Made by a program: the position numbers and the translations under genes. Source: a virus (Duplodnaviria > Caudoviricetes). From it: a DNA stretch of 45,128 bases. The stretch covers positions 1-45,128 of the IMG/VR virus record IMGVR_UViG_3300033407_000033; one strand, given 5' to 3'. Of the stretch, positions 44,139 through 45,128 are shown piece by piece. The notes beneath the pieces were generated by a model. The model did not search any database. It had not been told where the DNA came from and was given only the letters and a program-made list of their open reading frames with translations. Every line of letters begins with the position of its first letter. Position 1 is the first letter of the stretch.

Positions 44139-44678
44139 ATGTTCACCCAGGTCCATACGCCAATCATTCCGGATATGTTCAAACCGCAGGGCAATCAAGG
44201 TGCAGTGATTTCCGGTTGCGAACAATACCGGTATCGCCTGTGGCGTGTGTGGGATGCCAACAAACCGAAAGTGCTGTTCATTATGCTGAACCCGAGCACG
44301 GCGGATGCAGACAACGATGATCCTACTATTCGCAGGCTGATTGGATTTTCCACCAGCTGGGGCTATGGCGGTTTTGAAGTGTGCAATCTGTTTGCCTATC
44401 GCACACCGAAACCTTTTTTAATCCGCACCGTGAAGGACCCGATCGGCCCGGAAAATGACATGCACATTCTGACAGCAGCGAATGATACAGACCGCATCGT
44501 GTGCGGCTGGGGGAATCATGGCAATTACATGAACCGGGACATTGATGTGCATGCGAAGCTCAGCACGTATGACTATGTAATGTATTGCCTGGGCAAGACC
44601 CGTTCCGGCTTGCCGAAACATCCGCTGTATCTGCATGCGGATAGCAAACTCCGGATAATGAACGCGGCCAGGGCATGA
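44139..44678 (+). CDS. DUF1643 domain protein
   Basis: YRYRLWRVW, FIMLNPSTAD..DDPTIRR, NLFAYR, WGNHG, PKHPLY. Confidence 0.9.
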   Translation: MFTQVHTPIIPDMFKPQGNQGAVISGCEQYRYRLWRVWDANKPKVLFIMLNPSTADADNDDPTIRRLIGFSTSWGYGGFEVCNLFAYRTPKPFLIRTVKDPIGPENDMHILTAANDTDRIVCGWGNHGNYMNRDIDVHAKLSTYDYVMYCLGKTRSGLPKHPLYLHADSKLRIMNAARA

Positions 44679-45013
44679 ACATCCCGGTTAATAACATATT
44701 TAATTTTATGGACCAGTCCCGACTGTCTATTCGTTTGCGTAACCGGCGCCCGGTGCAGAAAAACATATTCGGCAAAAACGAACCGGCGCGAAAGATGATC
44801 CCTTATGGCCATGAAAAACCGAACGGCTATGCCGACAAGCCGGGAACGGGACCCGCTGGCGAGAGCTGCAAGACGTGCAAATTTAATGTGTTGCTGGCCA
44901 CGAAGTCGCCGGTGCATAAATGTTTTTTGATGCGTGCTCAATGGGACCGCTCCGCATTGACTGATATCCGCGTGAAATCGCCGGCGTGTTCAAAGTGGGA
45001 GGGAAAAGAATGA
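44675..45013 (+). CDS. Hypothetical Cys-containing protein
   Basis: PGTGPAGESCKTC...KC...PACSKWE; runs into terminal repeat. Confidence 0.65.
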   Translation: MNIPVNNIFNFMDQSRLSIRLRNRRPVQKNIFGKNEPARKMIPYGHEKPNGYADKPGTGPAGESCKTCKFNVLLATKSPVHKCFLMRAQWDRSALTDIRVKSPACSKWEGKE

Positions 45014-45128
45014 GTCATCCAAAAATAAGCGGGGCAATGGAAAAGTTTCGCGACATCTGGGGATGCAGCACGAATGTGTACGAACGCATGCAGAATGTAA
45101 GAGAGATGAATATAAAGAAAATTCAACG
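44905..45128. repeat. Terminal direct repeat, right copy
   Basis: Matches 1-224 with one mismatch. Confidence 0.97.

Noticed and set aside
1-45128. Stop-codon reassignment
   Set aside because: All expected genes are intact and tightly coupled under the standard bacterial code

Overview
The window is an apparently complete temperate tailed-phage genome (siphovirus-type, Gram-negative host) of about 44.9 kb. Bases 1-224 recur at 44905-45128, so it is circular or permuted. Gene order runs as follows: a switch made of two divergent Arc/ribbon-helix-helix genes with three palindromic operators; a CII-like gene; a long early/accessory operon (small tyrosine recombinase, DUF1643, HerA-like ATPase with two wHTH domains, DUF4326, Gp37/Gp68, an fMet-like tRNA, HNH, ASCH, HhH-GPD glycosylase-like protein); a primase-helicase; an iteron-rich origin candidate; a second tyrosine recombinase; a large serine integrase; TerS/TerL, portal and a protease-scaffold-capsid fusion; a lysis cassette; and a lambda-like tail. 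The most unusual features are: (1) three site-specific recombinases, of which only the serine integrase has an obvious attP (inside its own 3' end, tRNA-like core); (2) two homologous promoter-leader-terminator units in front of the capsid and tape-measure genes with no recognisable Q antiterminator; (3) an atypical initiator-like tRNA nested in an open, translationally coupled ORF; (4) several families of small palindromic repeats occupying the intergenic gaps. All protein calls come from motif recognition by eye; no searches were run.
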